Source: an uncultured archaeon (lineage in GTDB: Archaea; Aenigmatarchaeota; Aenigmatarchaeia; CG10238-14; EX4484-224). Taken from it: a DNA stretch of 64,000 bases. Below, piece by piece: positions 37,671-47,645 of this stretch (position 1 is the stretch's first letter; every line of letters begins with the position of its first letter). Location of the stretch: contig CAZGBT010000002.1 of NCBI GenBank assembly GCA_964524025.1, positions 11,210-75,209 of the forward strand. The letters run 5' to 3'. Position numbers and translations under genes: made by a program. The notes beneath the pieces are model-generated. The model was given only the letters and a program-made list of their open reading frames with translations. It was not told the DNA's origin and did not search any database.

Positions 37671-40030
37671 TTAAAAAAGTCGTTTTAAAGAATTGGAGGT
37701 CCCATCTTTTCTCTGAATTTGAATTTTCTAAGGGTACGAACGCTTTACTAGGTCATCTAGGTAGCGGAAAGACTTCTGTTTTAGACGCTATTTGTTTTGC
37801 TCTATTCGGAACATTCCCTCATTTACAGACAAGAAAAGTTAAACTAGATGATGTAATAATGAGAAAACCCGAACCAAAACAAAGAGCAGAGATAGAACTA
37901 ATCTTTGAAGTTAATGGAAAGGAATATTACGTAAAAAGGATTGTAGAAAGGAGAAAGGGAACTGTCTATTCTGAGCTAAGAGAAAACGGAAAACTTCTAG
38001 AAGCTCCAAGCTCTAGCAGGGTTACCGAACTGATTCAAAATATTTTGAAAGTTGATTACGAGCTTTTCTTTAGGGCAATTTATTCGGAGCAAAATCAACT
38101 AGATTTTTTCCTTTCTATACCCAAGGGTAAACGTATGAAAAAAATAGACGAATTACTTGGAATTGATAAATTTGAAGAAGCAAGAAAAAACTGTGTCACT
38201 TTAGCTAATAGATTAACTGAAAGAAAAATAGGGAAAGAGGATTTTCTAAGAATCGTAAATCTAGAGGAGATGGAAAAGGAGTTAAAGGAGGTCAAGGAAA
38301 GTATTTTGAAGATAGAAAGAGAAATAAAGACATTAGAAAAACAAATTGAACAAAATAGAAAAGAAAGGGAAAGGATAGAAAACGAACTTGGCCAACTTAA
38401 ATCTATCAAAGAAAAAATTGAAAATTTAGAAAAAGATGAAAGAGAGCTTGTAACTCTTATTAAATCTTTAGAAAAATCAATCGAAGAACTAAGGAAAGGT
38501 ATAAAGGAGTTAAGCTACGAAGACGTAAAAAAACTTTTTTCAGAAACAGATAAAATCCTAAAGGATAAGAAGAAGGAGAAAGAACAACTAGAAACTATAT
38601 ACAATTCACTTAAAGAAAAGAAGTCAAAAATCTTAGGCGAGCTTTCAATGGTTAATAAAAGGATAGAAGAATTAAAAGATGAGATAGAAGAAAAGAAAAA
38701 AATAGAAGAGCAAATTGAAACTCTTGAAAAAAAATTTGGGAAAATAGATGAATTAGTTAAAGAGAAGAAAGAGGTTCTTGAGAAAACGAAAGAAAAAATA
38801 AATTCTTTGCAAGAAAGGTTGAAGATTTTACAAGAAAGTGTTATAAGATTAAAAGAATCCGAAAAAAGATGCCCAACATGCGATACTCCTCTTCCAGAGG
38901 ATAAAAGAAGAAATCTAATTCAAAGTAAAGAAAGGGAAATTAGCTCAAAAAAGGAAATCCTTGAAAATTTGCTTAAAAAAGAAAAGGAACTTAAAGATGA
39001 CTTGGAATTGCTACAGAAGAAAAGCGAAGAATTGAAAACTTTTAAAATAAAGCTAGAGAAATTTGCAGGATTGGATGAAGAACTTAAAAGAATATTAAAG
39101 TTGGCAGAAGAGAGGGGAAAGGAGTTAGAAGCTATTAAAAAAGAAATAGAAAAAACAGAAGAAGAAATTAAAAGATTGGAAGAGCATATTTTAGAGAAAG
39201 AGAGAGAATTGAAGGACCTAGAATTTGTACTCAAAACTTTTGAACTAATAGAAAAAAAGGAGAAAGAACTGGTGGATAGTAGAAAAAAATTAATGGAAAT
39301 TAGATCTTTTATCGATTCCTTAAGGAAAAAAATAGAAGGAAGAAACGTAGAAGAGTTAGAAAGACGTTTCTATGATTTAAGTCTAAAAGTGAAAGAAGAC
39401 GAAACAAAAAAAGAGAGCTTAACACAAATGCTGGAAGAGAAGAAAAAAAGAAACGAGGAACTTGCTTTTAAAATAAACCAGTACAAAAAGGAAAAGAAAG
39501 AAATAGAAAAATTAGAAAAACTTATAAAAGATCTTAAAATTTTGGAGAAAGGCTTACAAATTACTCAAGAAGAGCTAAGAAAAAGATTTGTTTCAGCTGT
39601 GAATGCAGCCATGGAAAGGATTTGGGAAAGTATTTACCCGTATAGGGATTTCATTGGAATTAGGCTTAATGTAGAGGGTGGGGATTATGTGCTGCAACTT
39701 CAAGAAAGAAGTGGTAAGTTTATAAATGTTGAAGGAATAGCATCAGGTGGAGAAAGAAGCCTAGCCTGCTTAGCTCTCAGAATTGCTTTTTCCCTTGTAT
39801 TGGCTCCTCATTTAAGGATTTTGGTCTTAGATGAACCAACTCATAACTTAGATAGAAAGGCTATAAAAGATTTTGCAAGAACTCTGAGGGAGAACATTCA
39901 TGAATTTATAGACCAAGTATTCTTGATAACACACAACCCTGAGTTGGAGGAAGCTATTACAGGTTTTGCTTATAGATTGGAAAGAGATAAATCGCGTGAC
40001 GAACCAACCAGAGTTATTAGAATCATTTAA
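37667..40030 (+). CDS. rad50: Rad50 ATPase
   Basis: NWRSH, GSGKTS, coiled coil with CPTC zinc hook, SGGE, LDEPT, ITH. Confidence 0.95.
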   Translation: MIKKVVLKNWRSHLFSEFEFSKGTNALLGHLGSGKTSVLDAICFALFGTFPHLQTRKVKLDDVIMRKPEPKQRAEIELIFEVNGKEYYVKRIVERRKGTVYSELRENGKLLEAPSSSRVTELIQNILKVDYELFFRAIYSEQNQLDFFLSIPKGKRMKKIDELLGIDKFEEARKNCVTLANRLTERKIGKEDFLRIVNLEEMEKELKEVKESILKIEREIKTLEKQIEQNRKERERIENELGQLKSIKEKIENLEKDERELVTLIKSLEKSIEELRKGIKELSYEDVKKLFSETDKILKDKKKEKEQLETIYNSLKEKKSKILGELSMVNKRIEELKDEIEEKKKIEEQIETLEKKFGKIDELVKEKKEVLEKTKEKINSLQERLKILQESVIRLKESEKRCPTCDTPLPEDKRRNLIQSKEREISSKKEILENLLKKEKELKDDLELLQKKSEELKTFKIKLEKFAGLDEELKRILKLAEERGKELEAIKKEIEKTEEEIKRLEEHILEKERELKDLEFVLKTFELIEKKEKELVDSRKKLMEIRSFIDSLRKKIEGRNVEELERRFYDLSLKVKEDETKKESLTQMLEEKKKRNEELAFKINQYKKEKKEIEKLEKLIKDLKILEKGLQITQEELRKRFVSAVNAAMERIWESIYPYRDFIGIRLNVEGGDYVLQLQERSGKFINVEGIASGGERSLACLALRIAFSLVLAPHLRILVLDEPTHNLDRKAIKDFARTLRENIHEFIDQVFLITHNPELEEAITGFAYRLERDKSRDEPTRVIRII

Positions 40031-41495
40031 ACGCTTCTAGATCTTCCTTTACTCTATTTTTCTCATTAACAAATTCCATTAAGCATTTTTCAAACCTTCC
40101 GAAATCTTCTATTTCTTTTGAAATCCTCTTCCTGACCTTAATTAAAACAGGGTAGTTTACAGCTTCACCTATAATGAAAGCCTCTCCTACTCTTAACCCT
40201 GGTAACATTGAAGCTATTTCTGATGTCATGGCTTCGCAAGATTCACAAATATGCCTTATGTCATAGGGATTCACTATCCTTAAGACTATGAACGTATTAC
40301 ATTGACTGAGAGCGGTAGTAGAAAGCCTAATTGGTCTTTGAGAAATTAAAACTAAAGAAAAATTAAATTTTCTTCCCTCTCTAGCTATAGTCTCTATTAT
40401 TTCACGAGAAATAGCAAACTCTCTTTCCCTTATCTGCGGGACGAATTGGTGGGCTTCCTCTATAAACATTATAACTGGTGGTATCTTGTTTGACCTTCTA
40501 GCCTCAAAGAGTTTCCTTGCTATATAAGTTACTATGATTTGCTTTTCTCTTAGTTTAATAAAATCCGAAAGGTCTATTACACTTAATTGATTTGGCGATG
40601 CTAAATCTTCGAAACTAGGAGAATCGAAATTTGAAAAAAGCTTTGTCGAAGCTAGAGTAGAAAGCCAAGAAAGTAATGCAAATTTAGTTTTTGAATTTAT
40701 ATCACTAAGCTCTATAGCCTGCATTAACTCTTCTATTCCATAATTTTTCTTAACTTCCTTAAGCTTTTCTATCACCCTTTCAAGATCTCTTCTCTGAACT
40801 ATTGACATTTGAGGGAGAAATTCTGAAAAGTTAAGAGCAGAAAGTTTTGATGTATCAATTTTAATTTGCTCTCTTCCAAAAATTTTAGTTTTTTCTGAAA
40901 ATTCTTTTGAAAGCTTAAACGATTTGTATTCGCCATGAGGATCTATTACTATTATAGCAGGAGAAATATCCCTCTTAAGAAGTTCTTCTATTAAAGTGGA
41001 AGCTAAATAACTTTTTCCTGCCCCACTTACAGCCAATATTGCTAAATGTTTTTGAAAAAGTTTTGAAAGATTTAATCTTACTTCAACGTTATGTAAAAAT
41101 ACACTCCCAATTTTTAGCCCATCATCGCTAAAACCAAAAAAATCCTTTATTAGCGATGGCGAAGCCTCAAAGACTTCCTCTCCAGGAGACGGCGGAGTCA
41201 CAACTCTTACTTTTTCTCCATCCTTTACCAACCCTAAACAATTAACCTCTGCTATTAAGTATTCCCATCGGTCAAGGGGAAACTTAAAGAAAGCTTCCTC
41301 TCCAAAATTCTTTACTACTTCTGCATTCATGAAATACCTGTTGGTTTTAATAACGTTATACACTCTTCCTACCAATTTGCCTTCTCCTGTTTTTACTTCA
41401 ACAAGCATTCCTCTTTTGATAGGATTTTCTGCCACAAAATAAAATTTTTCGCAATTTGGTGTATTTCCTATACAAATTACTTTGCCAAGCCTCAC
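40023..41495 (-). CDS. herA: HerA-family DNA translocase/helicase
   Basis: HAS barrel, KHLAILAVSGAGKS, DPHGEY, IEEAH, IAREGRKF, SQRP. Confidence 0.92.
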   Translation of the reverse strand: MRLGKVICIGNTPNCEKFYFVAENPIKRGMLVEVKTGEGKLVGRVYNVIKTNRYFMNAEVVKNFGEEAFFKFPLDRWEYLIAEVNCLGLVKDGEKVRVVTPPSPGEEVFEASPSLIKDFFGFSDDGLKIGSVFLHNVEVRLNLSKLFQKHLAILAVSGAGKSYLASTLIEELLKRDISPAIIVIDPHGEYKSFKLSKEFSEKTKIFGREQIKIDTSKLSALNFSEFLPQMSIVQRRDLERVIEKLKEVKKNYGIEELMQAIELSDINSKTKFALLSWLSTLASTKLFSNFDSPSFEDLASPNQLSVIDLSDFIKLREKQIIVTYIARKLFEARRSNKIPPVIMFIEEAHQFVPQIREREFAISREIIETIAREGRKFNFSLVLISQRPIRLSTTALSQCNTFIVLRIVNPYDIRHICESCEAMTSEIASMLPGLRVGEAFIIGEAVNYPVLIKVRKRISKEIEDFGRFEKCLMEFVNEKNRVKEDLEAFK

Positions 41496-41546
41496 ACTAT
41501 ACCTTTTTAGATATGAAATAAAAATTTATCCATACTTCTTTTCAAT

Positions 41547-42305
41547 ATGGAGTTTAAGTTTCTCAAGGATTTTCCTGCAATTTTTATTAAAAAATTAAAT
41601 GCACTTGTAATAGCTGATCTGCACATCGGACTTGAATTTGAACTACTTTTTAAAGGAATTAGAATACCCAATCAGGCTAAGTCGTTCCTGGAAAAATTAA
41701 TGAAAATTTATGATAGAATAGGATACCAAAGACTTATAATTTTGGGAGATTTGAAGCATAAGCTAATAAGAACTACAAGGATAGAAGAAAAGATAATTAA
41801 AAATTTTGTAAAAGAACTAAGCAAAAAATTTGAGGTGATAATTTGCAAAGGAAACCATGATGCAAAAATTTCTCTGATGTTGCCAGAAGAAGTTAAATTG
41901 GCTTCTTCAAAAGGCATTATTTTAGAGAATTTTGGCTTCTTCCACGGCCATGCATGGCCCTCAAAAAAACTCTTAGATGCAAGTTACATTTTTATGGGAC
42001 ATATTCATCCAGCAGTTTATCTTACAGACGTATTTGGAGAAAGATCTATAAAACCTGTTTTTATTGTGGCTGAGGTTAAGAAAAAAGAATTAGAAAAAAT
42101 TTATAACAGAAAAGCGAAGATTAAGAAATTGATAATACTCCCAGCCTTTAACAAATTCTCTGGAAATTTACTGATTGATATTTCTTTTTCCAGCGAAAAA
42201 TTTTCAAGCCCACTTTGGAGAATTAATTTGATAGATTGTAGAAAAACTGAAATTTACCTTCTTGATGGCAGATTCTTAGGAAATTTAGAAAAAATAAAAA
42301 GTTAA
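41547..42305 (+). CDS. Calcineurin-like metallophosphoesterase
   Basis: ADLHIG, LGDLKH, GNHD, HGH, GHIHP, LPAFN. Confidence 0.9.
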   Translation: MEFKFLKDFPAIFIKKLNALVIADLHIGLEFELLFKGIRIPNQAKSFLEKLMKIYDRIGYQRLIILGDLKHKLIRTTRIEEKIIKNFVKELSKKFEVIICKGNHDAKISLMLPEEVKLASSKGIILENFGFFHGHAWPSKKLLDASYIFMGHIHPAVYLTDVFGERSIKPVFIVAEVKKKELEKIYNRKAKIKKLIILPAFNKFSGNLLIDISFSSEKFSSPLWRINLIDCRKTEIYLLDGRFLGNLEKIKS

Positions 42306-42508
42306 GCGGGAAGTTCGGTTATGATGCCACTTTCCAACTCTGTTAAATTTTCTGTATATTCCTCTATTTCGCTTTCAACCATTTTTTCTATCTCTGATTC
42401 ATTATATTTAGTTATAGTTGGTGCTGGAAGTTTTCTAAAATAGATAAGAATAGCTAAAGCTAGTACTATAGCAATTAATGCTATTACCATTAACACTATC
42501 TTCTCCAT
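42302..42508 (-). CDS. Small single-TM protein
   Basis: Hydrophobic N-terminus, acidic tail; overlaps the end of the upstream gene. Confidence 0.65.
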   Translation of the reverse strand: MEKIVLMVIALIAIVLALAILIYFRKLPAPTITKYNESEIEKMVESEIEEYTENLTELESGIITELPA

Positions 42509-43542
42509 GGTAAGATACCTCTCATCCTCCTTTCAACTAACTTTTTGATCGTTTCGTTAACACCCTCTGCTAGCGGAAGTAACTTGCTTGGAATCCTTCT
42601 ACACAAAAACGGATGGGCTGCACAAAATTCTTTACATTTTTCTTCTTCTTGATGTTCAATGCAATACTTCACCATGTAAGCCTTCTCTAAAAATCGCTGA
42701 GCCCTCTTTATTTTAGCGCATTTTGGATCTTCTGGATTTTTAAGGCAGTATTCTATTAACCTTTTAGTTTTTAAACTCACACAAATTCTTGCTAACGGAT
42801 GTTTTTTACAATATTTTTCTGTAACTTTTAGCTTAAACTTCTCGCAAAACGTACTTTCTGGATTCTTTTTGCAATAAGAGACAATCCATTGCCTACATCT
42901 TTCATCCTCCAAATTCAGCAAGCAGTAAACTCTCTTTATAGCTATGCACCTTCTATCGTTTGGATGGTCTCTGCAAAATCTTGCAATCTTTTCTCTACAG
43001 TTTTCGTCGAAAGTTACATTACAATAAGCTGGACCTATTCCTTTAATCTCTCTTTTGCATATTTCCGGATGTTTTTTACAAGCCTCTTTTATTTCTTCAA
43101 AAATTTCATAACGTTTTGGCAATCTTTTTGCTTCAAGTACGTAAGCGTAATAAACTTTATTATTAAGCGTTAGCTTTCCTACCCAAATCAGATTCTCTCC
43201 TTTTATCGTTAAGGTAAGATTAATGCTTCCCTTTAAAGTATTATTCTGATATAGTTCAGCGTAAAATGTATCGTTTACTTGGTGAATGTTCTTTAGTCTA
43301 AATCTTTCGTTGTCAAAGAAAAGTAAACCGAAATCTATTTCTTTACTTACACCACCAACAGCCACTTTTACTCTTATTACTCCAATTTTTAAGACGTAAG
43401 GCTGGAGCATGTTGCTTGGGTCTATCGCTATTCCTCTCCCTAAAACTCTTACCATCTTTATTTTTGGCTTTACTGGTTGAGCAAAAGCTACCGGTAGAAA
43501 AGCTAATACTAAAGCCAGAAAAAGCAAGTTTCTAGCTTTCAT
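42496..43542 (-). CDS. Secreted protein with C-x2-(H/N)P-x2-4-C repeats
   Basis: Signal peptide (AFA|Q); CKKHPEIC, CRDHPNDRRC, CKKNPESTFC, CKKHPLARIC, CLKNPEDPKC, CAAHPFLC. Confidence 0.8.
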   Translation of the reverse strand: MKARNLLFLALVLAFLPVAFAQPVKPKIKMVRVLGRGIAIDPSNMLQPYVLKIGVIRVKVAVGGVSKEIDFGLLFFDNERFRLKNIHQVNDTFYAELYQNNTLKGSINLTLTIKGENLIWVGKLTLNNKVYYAYVLEAKRLPKRYEIFEEIKEACKKHPEICKREIKGIGPAYCNVTFDENCREKIARFCRDHPNDRRCIAIKRVYCLLNLEDERCRQWIVSYCKKNPESTFCEKFKLKVTEKYCKKHPLARICVSLKTKRLIEYCLKNPEDPKCAKIKRAQRFLEKAYMVKYCIEHQEEEKCKEFCAAHPFLCRRIPSKLLPLAEGVNETIKKLVERRMRGILPWRR

Positions 43543-43546
43543 ATTC

Positions 43547-45943
43547 TCAAATTAACTTTCTTTTTTTAAATTCTTCCAAAAGTTCTTTTTCGCTTTCTGT
43601 TATTTTGTCCTTTAGTTCTTCCAACAACTCCAAATCTTTTTTAGAAAGTATAGAAACTAATATGTCACCTTCTTTAAAAGTTCTGCCAGCAACTGGCTCG
43701 TCCATACTAATAGCTACTTTATCTCCAGGTAACGCTTTCTGTATAGATTCTCCATGAACCTGGATTTCTTTTATTTTTCCAACAAATTTTCCATCAAGTT
43801 TTTGGAGCGAAACTTTTGGTTTTAAATAGCCAGCTAAAACTTCTACTCCTACTATGCAAGGTTTGCTACTTCTAAATATGCAACCCTTTAGGACTTTAAC
43901 TTTTACAGGTCTTGTAACCATTTCCAGCTTTTCTTTTATCTCCCTTTCTCTTTCTTCTTTTACCCACTTTTCGTATTCTTCGACAATCCTGTAGATTATA
44001 TTTCCTTCTATTAACTTTACACCAAAATCTTTTGCCATCGCCTTTATGTCTTCAGGAACTTTTACGTTAAAAGCAAAAATAACCTTTTTATACCTATCTG
44101 AAAAGTTTTTCATTTCTATTAAATCCTCTTTCTTAGGAGGCCCAACTTCTGCTTTTCTTATTTCAATACCTTTTTCACTTAGCATTTTCAGCATGGCTTC
44201 TAAACTTCCTAAAGTATCTGCCCTAACTATTACACCTTCTATGCTTTTTGAAAATTCTATTTTCTCAACTTCAGCTTTAATGGCACTTTTAGCCTTTTCA
44301 ATATCTTCTTCTCTCCTAACTGCTATAAAAGGTGAACCAGCTATTACCCTATCCAGGTTTGGGGCAAATATTTTAACACCAGCAGCTGCTCTAACTTCCT
44401 CTACGTTAACAAACTTTTTTTCAACCCTTATTTCCTGAAGTGGTCTAGGAAGCAATAAAGCTCTAATTTTAGTAACAAGCGGCTCTTTCATTCCAATTAC
44501 TAAATAATCTCCCCTTCTAAGACTTCCATCGTACAGAATTACATCAATAGTAGTTCCTAACCCTCTCTCCTCTTTTACTTCTAAAACAGAACCTCTAGCT
44601 ATTCCAGACAACTTTAGCCTATCTTTCAAAAATTTTTGTGCCAAGCCTGCAAGCACCATTAAAAGTTCTGGGACTCCTTCTCCTGTAATTCCTGAAACGG
44701 GAACTATCGCAACTTGCTTTTTAAAATCTTTAACCTTATCAAACCTTTCGGCTTCAAAACCTCTTTCTATAAATTGCGAAATTAAAAAGTAAATCTTCTT
44801 TTCCAATTCCTCTTTAACATAATCTGGTTGCTTTTTAAAACTTTCTATAAAACATTCATTTTCATGAATAATCCATCCAGGGATTTTATCTATTTTAGTA
44901 GCCGCGACTACAAAAGGAACTTTAAATTGCTTTAATATGAAAAGACTCTCATCTGTCTGTTCTTTAAATCCTTCATTTACATCTATTACTAAAATAGCTA
45001 GGTCAGCAACGCTTCCTCCTCTTTTTCTTAGAGAAGTAAAAGCTGCATGGCCTGGTGTATCTATAAAAAGTAAGCCTGGTACTTCAAGCTTTACTTTAAA
45101 CTTCTCTAAAAGATTTCCGCATATTTTTTCTATAATTTCAAGCGGTACATAAGAGGCTCCAACATGTTGGGTAATTTGTCCTGGTTCGGATTTGCAAACC
45201 GAGGTTCCTCTTATCTTATCAAGAAGTGTTGTGTTATGGACTATTACATTATTAGCTATAAAGTTTTGGAAATGAGGAATGGTTAAATCATAAACAAAAC
45301 CTTTGTATGGTATTTTTCTCTTTCTTATTATTCTAACGAATTTTAATTCCTTTCTCCTTTTTTTGCAAACTTTAACGAGCGTCCATTTATTTCTAATTCT
45401 TTTTATTTTGCATAAGATACCAACACGAAGTAAGATTGTTTTTAAATTTAACAACGTAGAATAGTCTGAATACTTAAATTTTCTTAAAATGTTTTTAGCA
45501 AGTTTCTTTAGCAAGTAATTAGGTATTTTATATAAGCTGTTGATGCTTATATCTTGTGTATTTTCCTCAATATTTTTTACATCTATAGGCAATCTTAACG
45601 GGATTGCTATTCTATCTCCTTCAAAAATGCTCTCACAACTTACCCAGCCATCTTTAGTTAGGAAAGGGTGTTCTGGTGTTACTTTTATCTTATCGCCCAA
45701 TTCAGTTTCTATTTCATAAAGGAAACTGTTTATAAAAATCTTCCATGCAAAATTAATCCTTGATTTAAATAGAGATGAGCCGTCTGTACTTATAACAGAC
45801 TCTTTACCTTTAAAATTTTCAACTAAATCTTTAATCTTAACTATTCTCCCGTCAGCTAAAATTACCTTTTCTGATGGATGTAGACACTTTCCATGATCTA
45901 TATGACCTATTGTTACTATTATTGGAGACCTTATTTTTTCCAT
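43547..45943 (-). CDS. infB: Translation initiation factor IF-2/aIF5B, intein-containing (start at 45943, not 46075)
   Basis: MEKIRSPIIVTIGHIDHGK|intein|TTLLDKIRG, ITQHVGA, DTPGH, TKID. Confidence 0.95.
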   Translation of the reverse strand: MEKIRSPIIVTIGHIDHGKCLHPSEKVILADGRIVKIKDLVENFKGKESVISTDGSSLFKSRINFAWKIFINSFLYEIETELGDKIKVTPEHPFLTKDGWVSCESIFEGDRIAIPLRLPIDVKNIEENTQDISINSLYKIPNYLLKKLAKNILRKFKYSDYSTLLNLKTILLRVGILCKIKRIRNKWTLVKVCKKRRKELKFVRIIRKRKIPYKGFVYDLTIPHFQNFIANNVIVHNTTLLDKIRGTSVCKSEPGQITQHVGASYVPLEIIEKICGNLLEKFKVKLEVPGLLFIDTPGHAAFTSLRKRGGSVADLAILVIDVNEGFKEQTDESLFILKQFKVPFVVAATKIDKIPGWIIHENECFIESFKKQPDYVKEELEKKIYFLISQFIERGFEAERFDKVKDFKKQVAIVPVSGITGEGVPELLMVLAGLAQKFLKDRLKLSGIARGSVLEVKEERGLGTTIDVILYDGSLRRGDYLVIGMKEPLVTKIRALLLPRPLQEIRVEKKFVNVEEVRAAAGVKIFAPNLDRVIAGSPFIAVRREEDIEKAKSAIKAEVEKIEFSKSIEGVIVRADTLGSLEAMLKMLSEKGIEIRKAEVGPPKKEDLIEMKNFSDRYKKVIFAFNVKVPEDIKAMAKDFGVKLIEGNIIYRIVEEYEKWVKEEREREIKEKLEMVTRPVKVKVLKGCIFRSSKPCIVGVEVLAGYLKPKVSLQKLDGKFVGKIKEIQVHGESIQKALPGDKVAISMDEPVAGRTFKEGDILVSILSKKDLELLEELKDKITESEKELLEEFKKRKLI
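45233..45886 (-). mobile_element. 218-aa intein in the aIF5B P-loop with eroded endonuclease region
   Basis: N-term CLHP, block B VTPEHPF, block F VYDLTI, C-term IVHN|T. Confidence 0.93.
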
Positions 45944-46028
45944 GGATAATGAATAAGATTTTGGAGTTTTGTTTGTTTGTATAACAGTGTTATAGAACAT
46001 TCTATAAAAAACTAATTTAAAATCAATT

Positions 46029-46460
46029 GTGCTTTTAACAAGGGAACTAAAACCTTTAGCAATCTGCCTGTGCATAGAATTTTTGCTCGATACAAAAAGG
46101 TTAAAGCACGAATTTTGCGATAATATTTTCTCTGTACTAAAAGATGAAAGACTAAAAAGAGATCTTTATGAAGTAAAGAAAAAACTAATTTTTGGAAAAG
46201 AAGATATTTTTCTTAGCGGCTACAAATTCTGCCTAATAAATTTGTTTGACGAACTAGTAGGAATCTTAGAGAAGGAGTTTAAACCTTTTAACTTAAGCAA
46301 GACTAACCAAATCTTGCAGGTCTGCAAAAACTTGATTAGCTTGATAAAAGACGGAGATTTTAAGGAAATTGAAAGAAGTAGCAAAGATTTTAAAGTAAAT
46401 GTATTGTTTCCGCTAACCGAACTTATAAAGGAAAAACTAAAATCTAAGCAAATAGAGTAG
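46029..46460 (+). CDS. Hypothetical protein
   Basis: 143-aa ORF with coding-like composition; start uncertain. Confidence 0.55.
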   Translation: MLLTRELKPLAICLCIEFLLDTKRLKHEFCDNIFSVLKDERLKRDLYEVKKKLIFGKEDIFLSGYKFCLINLFDELVGILEKEFKPFNLSKTNQILQVCKNLISLIKDGDFKEIERSSKDFKVNVLFPLTELIKEKLKSKQIE

Positions 46461-46667
46461 TTTTTTGATCGAAGAAAACCAAAAAGTTTTAGTTTTTACG
46501 AAAAAGGCCGTTAGAGCAGAATAGGTTTCTGGAAAATAGTAAGAGAGTAGGGAAATTATGATAAAAATTATGAAAATTAAAAGTATAGCCGAAAATATTT
46601 CTTTCAAAGCTTTAAATGCGAGCACTATTATCAGAAGAAAGATAAAGAAAACAACCAAATTTAACAT
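46437..46667 (-). CDS. Small two-TM membrane protein
   Basis: Two hydrophobic helices. Confidence 0.6.
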   Translation of the reverse strand: MLNLVVFFIFLLIIVLAFKALKEIFSAILLIFIIFIIISLLSYYFPETYSALTAFFVKTKTFWFSSIKKLLYLLRF

Positions 46668-46682
46668 AAACTTAATTTAATT

Positions 46683-47498
46683 TTAATCAATTAATCCTCT
46701 TAGGAATTGCAAAGCAAGCTCTCCGATATCCTCAGAATAGCCTCCTTCTAGTACAACAAAAAAAGGAATTTCAAGCTTTTTTATAGCTTTTCCTATTTTA
46801 AAATAGCTTTCTTTTTTAAGCTTAAAATGAGTAAGAGGGTCTTTAAAGTAAGTATCAAAACCCATCGAAATAGCCAAAATCTCTGGGTTAAACCTTTTAA
46901 TTTCCAACAAAGCTTTATTCAAAGTTTTAAGGTAAAAATTTTCTTCTGTAAACGCTGGCAATGGAAAATTAATGCAATTTTGCCTGCTAACTAAGCCAGT
47001 TCCAGGAAAAATTCCCTCTTCATGTAAAGAAACATAAAGTACTCTTTCATCTCCTAAAAATATATCTTCAGTGCCATTTCCATGATGTGCATCCAAATCG
47101 AGAATTGCTGTCTTAAGATTAAGCTTCTCTACGGCTATAGCTATGTTATTAAAGTAACAAAAACCTCCAAGAAAATCTTTACCAGCGTGATGACCTGGTG
47201 GTCTTGAAACAGAGAAACCTTCTATTTTGGCTGCTTTTATAGCACAACCAGCAGAAATTAAAGGGTATACTATGTCTATATGAGGAGTATCAAAATCAAA
47301 ATAATTCTTGTTTTTAACTCTTTCAAAATGTTCTATGGTATGGACAAGCAATATATCTTCTTTTTTTGCTTTCTCAGCTCTAACAAAACTAAAACCATTT
47401 TGCTTTAGTATTTCGACTATCCTTCTAACTCTTTCTGGATTTTCTGGATGATTATTAAACTTATAAGAAAGACATTTCCTGTTGAATACAATTTTCAT
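46683..47498 (-). CDS. Histone deacetylase (Rpd3/Hda1-like) family amidohydrolase
   Basis: HPENPER, RPPGHHA, GFCYFNN, DAHHGNGT, GFD, LEGGY. Confidence 0.95.
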   Translation of the reverse strand: MKIVFNRKCLSYKFNNHPENPERVRRIVEILKQNGFSFVRAEKAKKEDILLVHTIEHFERVKNKNYFDFDTPHIDIVYPLISAGCAIKAAKIEGFSVSRPPGHHAGKDFLGGFCYFNNIAIAVEKLNLKTAILDLDAHHGNGTEDIFLGDERVLYVSLHEEGIFPGTGLVSRQNCINFPLPAFTEENFYLKTLNKALLEIKRFNPEILAISMGFDTYFKDPLTHFKLKKESYFKIGKAIKKLEIPFFVVLEGGYSEDIGELALQFLRGLID

Positions 47499-47570
47499 AA
47501 TTTACTCTTGATTTAGTTTCAATTTTTTAATGCCACTGCGTAAGTTTTTAAAAGTTTTTAAAATAACATA

Positions 47571-47645
47571 CGCCCCCGGCGGGATTTGAACCCGCGACCT
47601 GTGGCTTAGGAGGCCACCGCTCTATCCAGGCTGAGCTACGGGGGC
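47571..47645 (-). tRNA. tRNA-Arg(CCT)
   Basis: GCCCCCGTAGCTCAGCCTGGATAGAGCGGTGGCCT-CCT-AAGCCACAGGTCGCGGGTTCAAATCCCGCCGGGGGCG. Confidence 0.97.

Noticed and set aside
36435..41495. Nuclease + SMC + HerA as an antiviral defence system
   Set aside because: Canonical Mre11, zinc-hook Rad50 and HAS-barrel HerA explain it as DNA repair.
42600..43090. Possible multiheme cytochrome
   Set aside because: Motifs are CxxHP...C, not CxxCH.
45944..46075. N-terminal 44-aa extension of IF-2 in the ORF track
   Set aside because: Family similarity starts at MEKIRSP (45943); the extension overlaps the divergent gene.
22789..47645. Integrated element bounded by the two tRNAs
   Set aside because: No integrase, no att duplication seen, and the content is core housekeeping genes.
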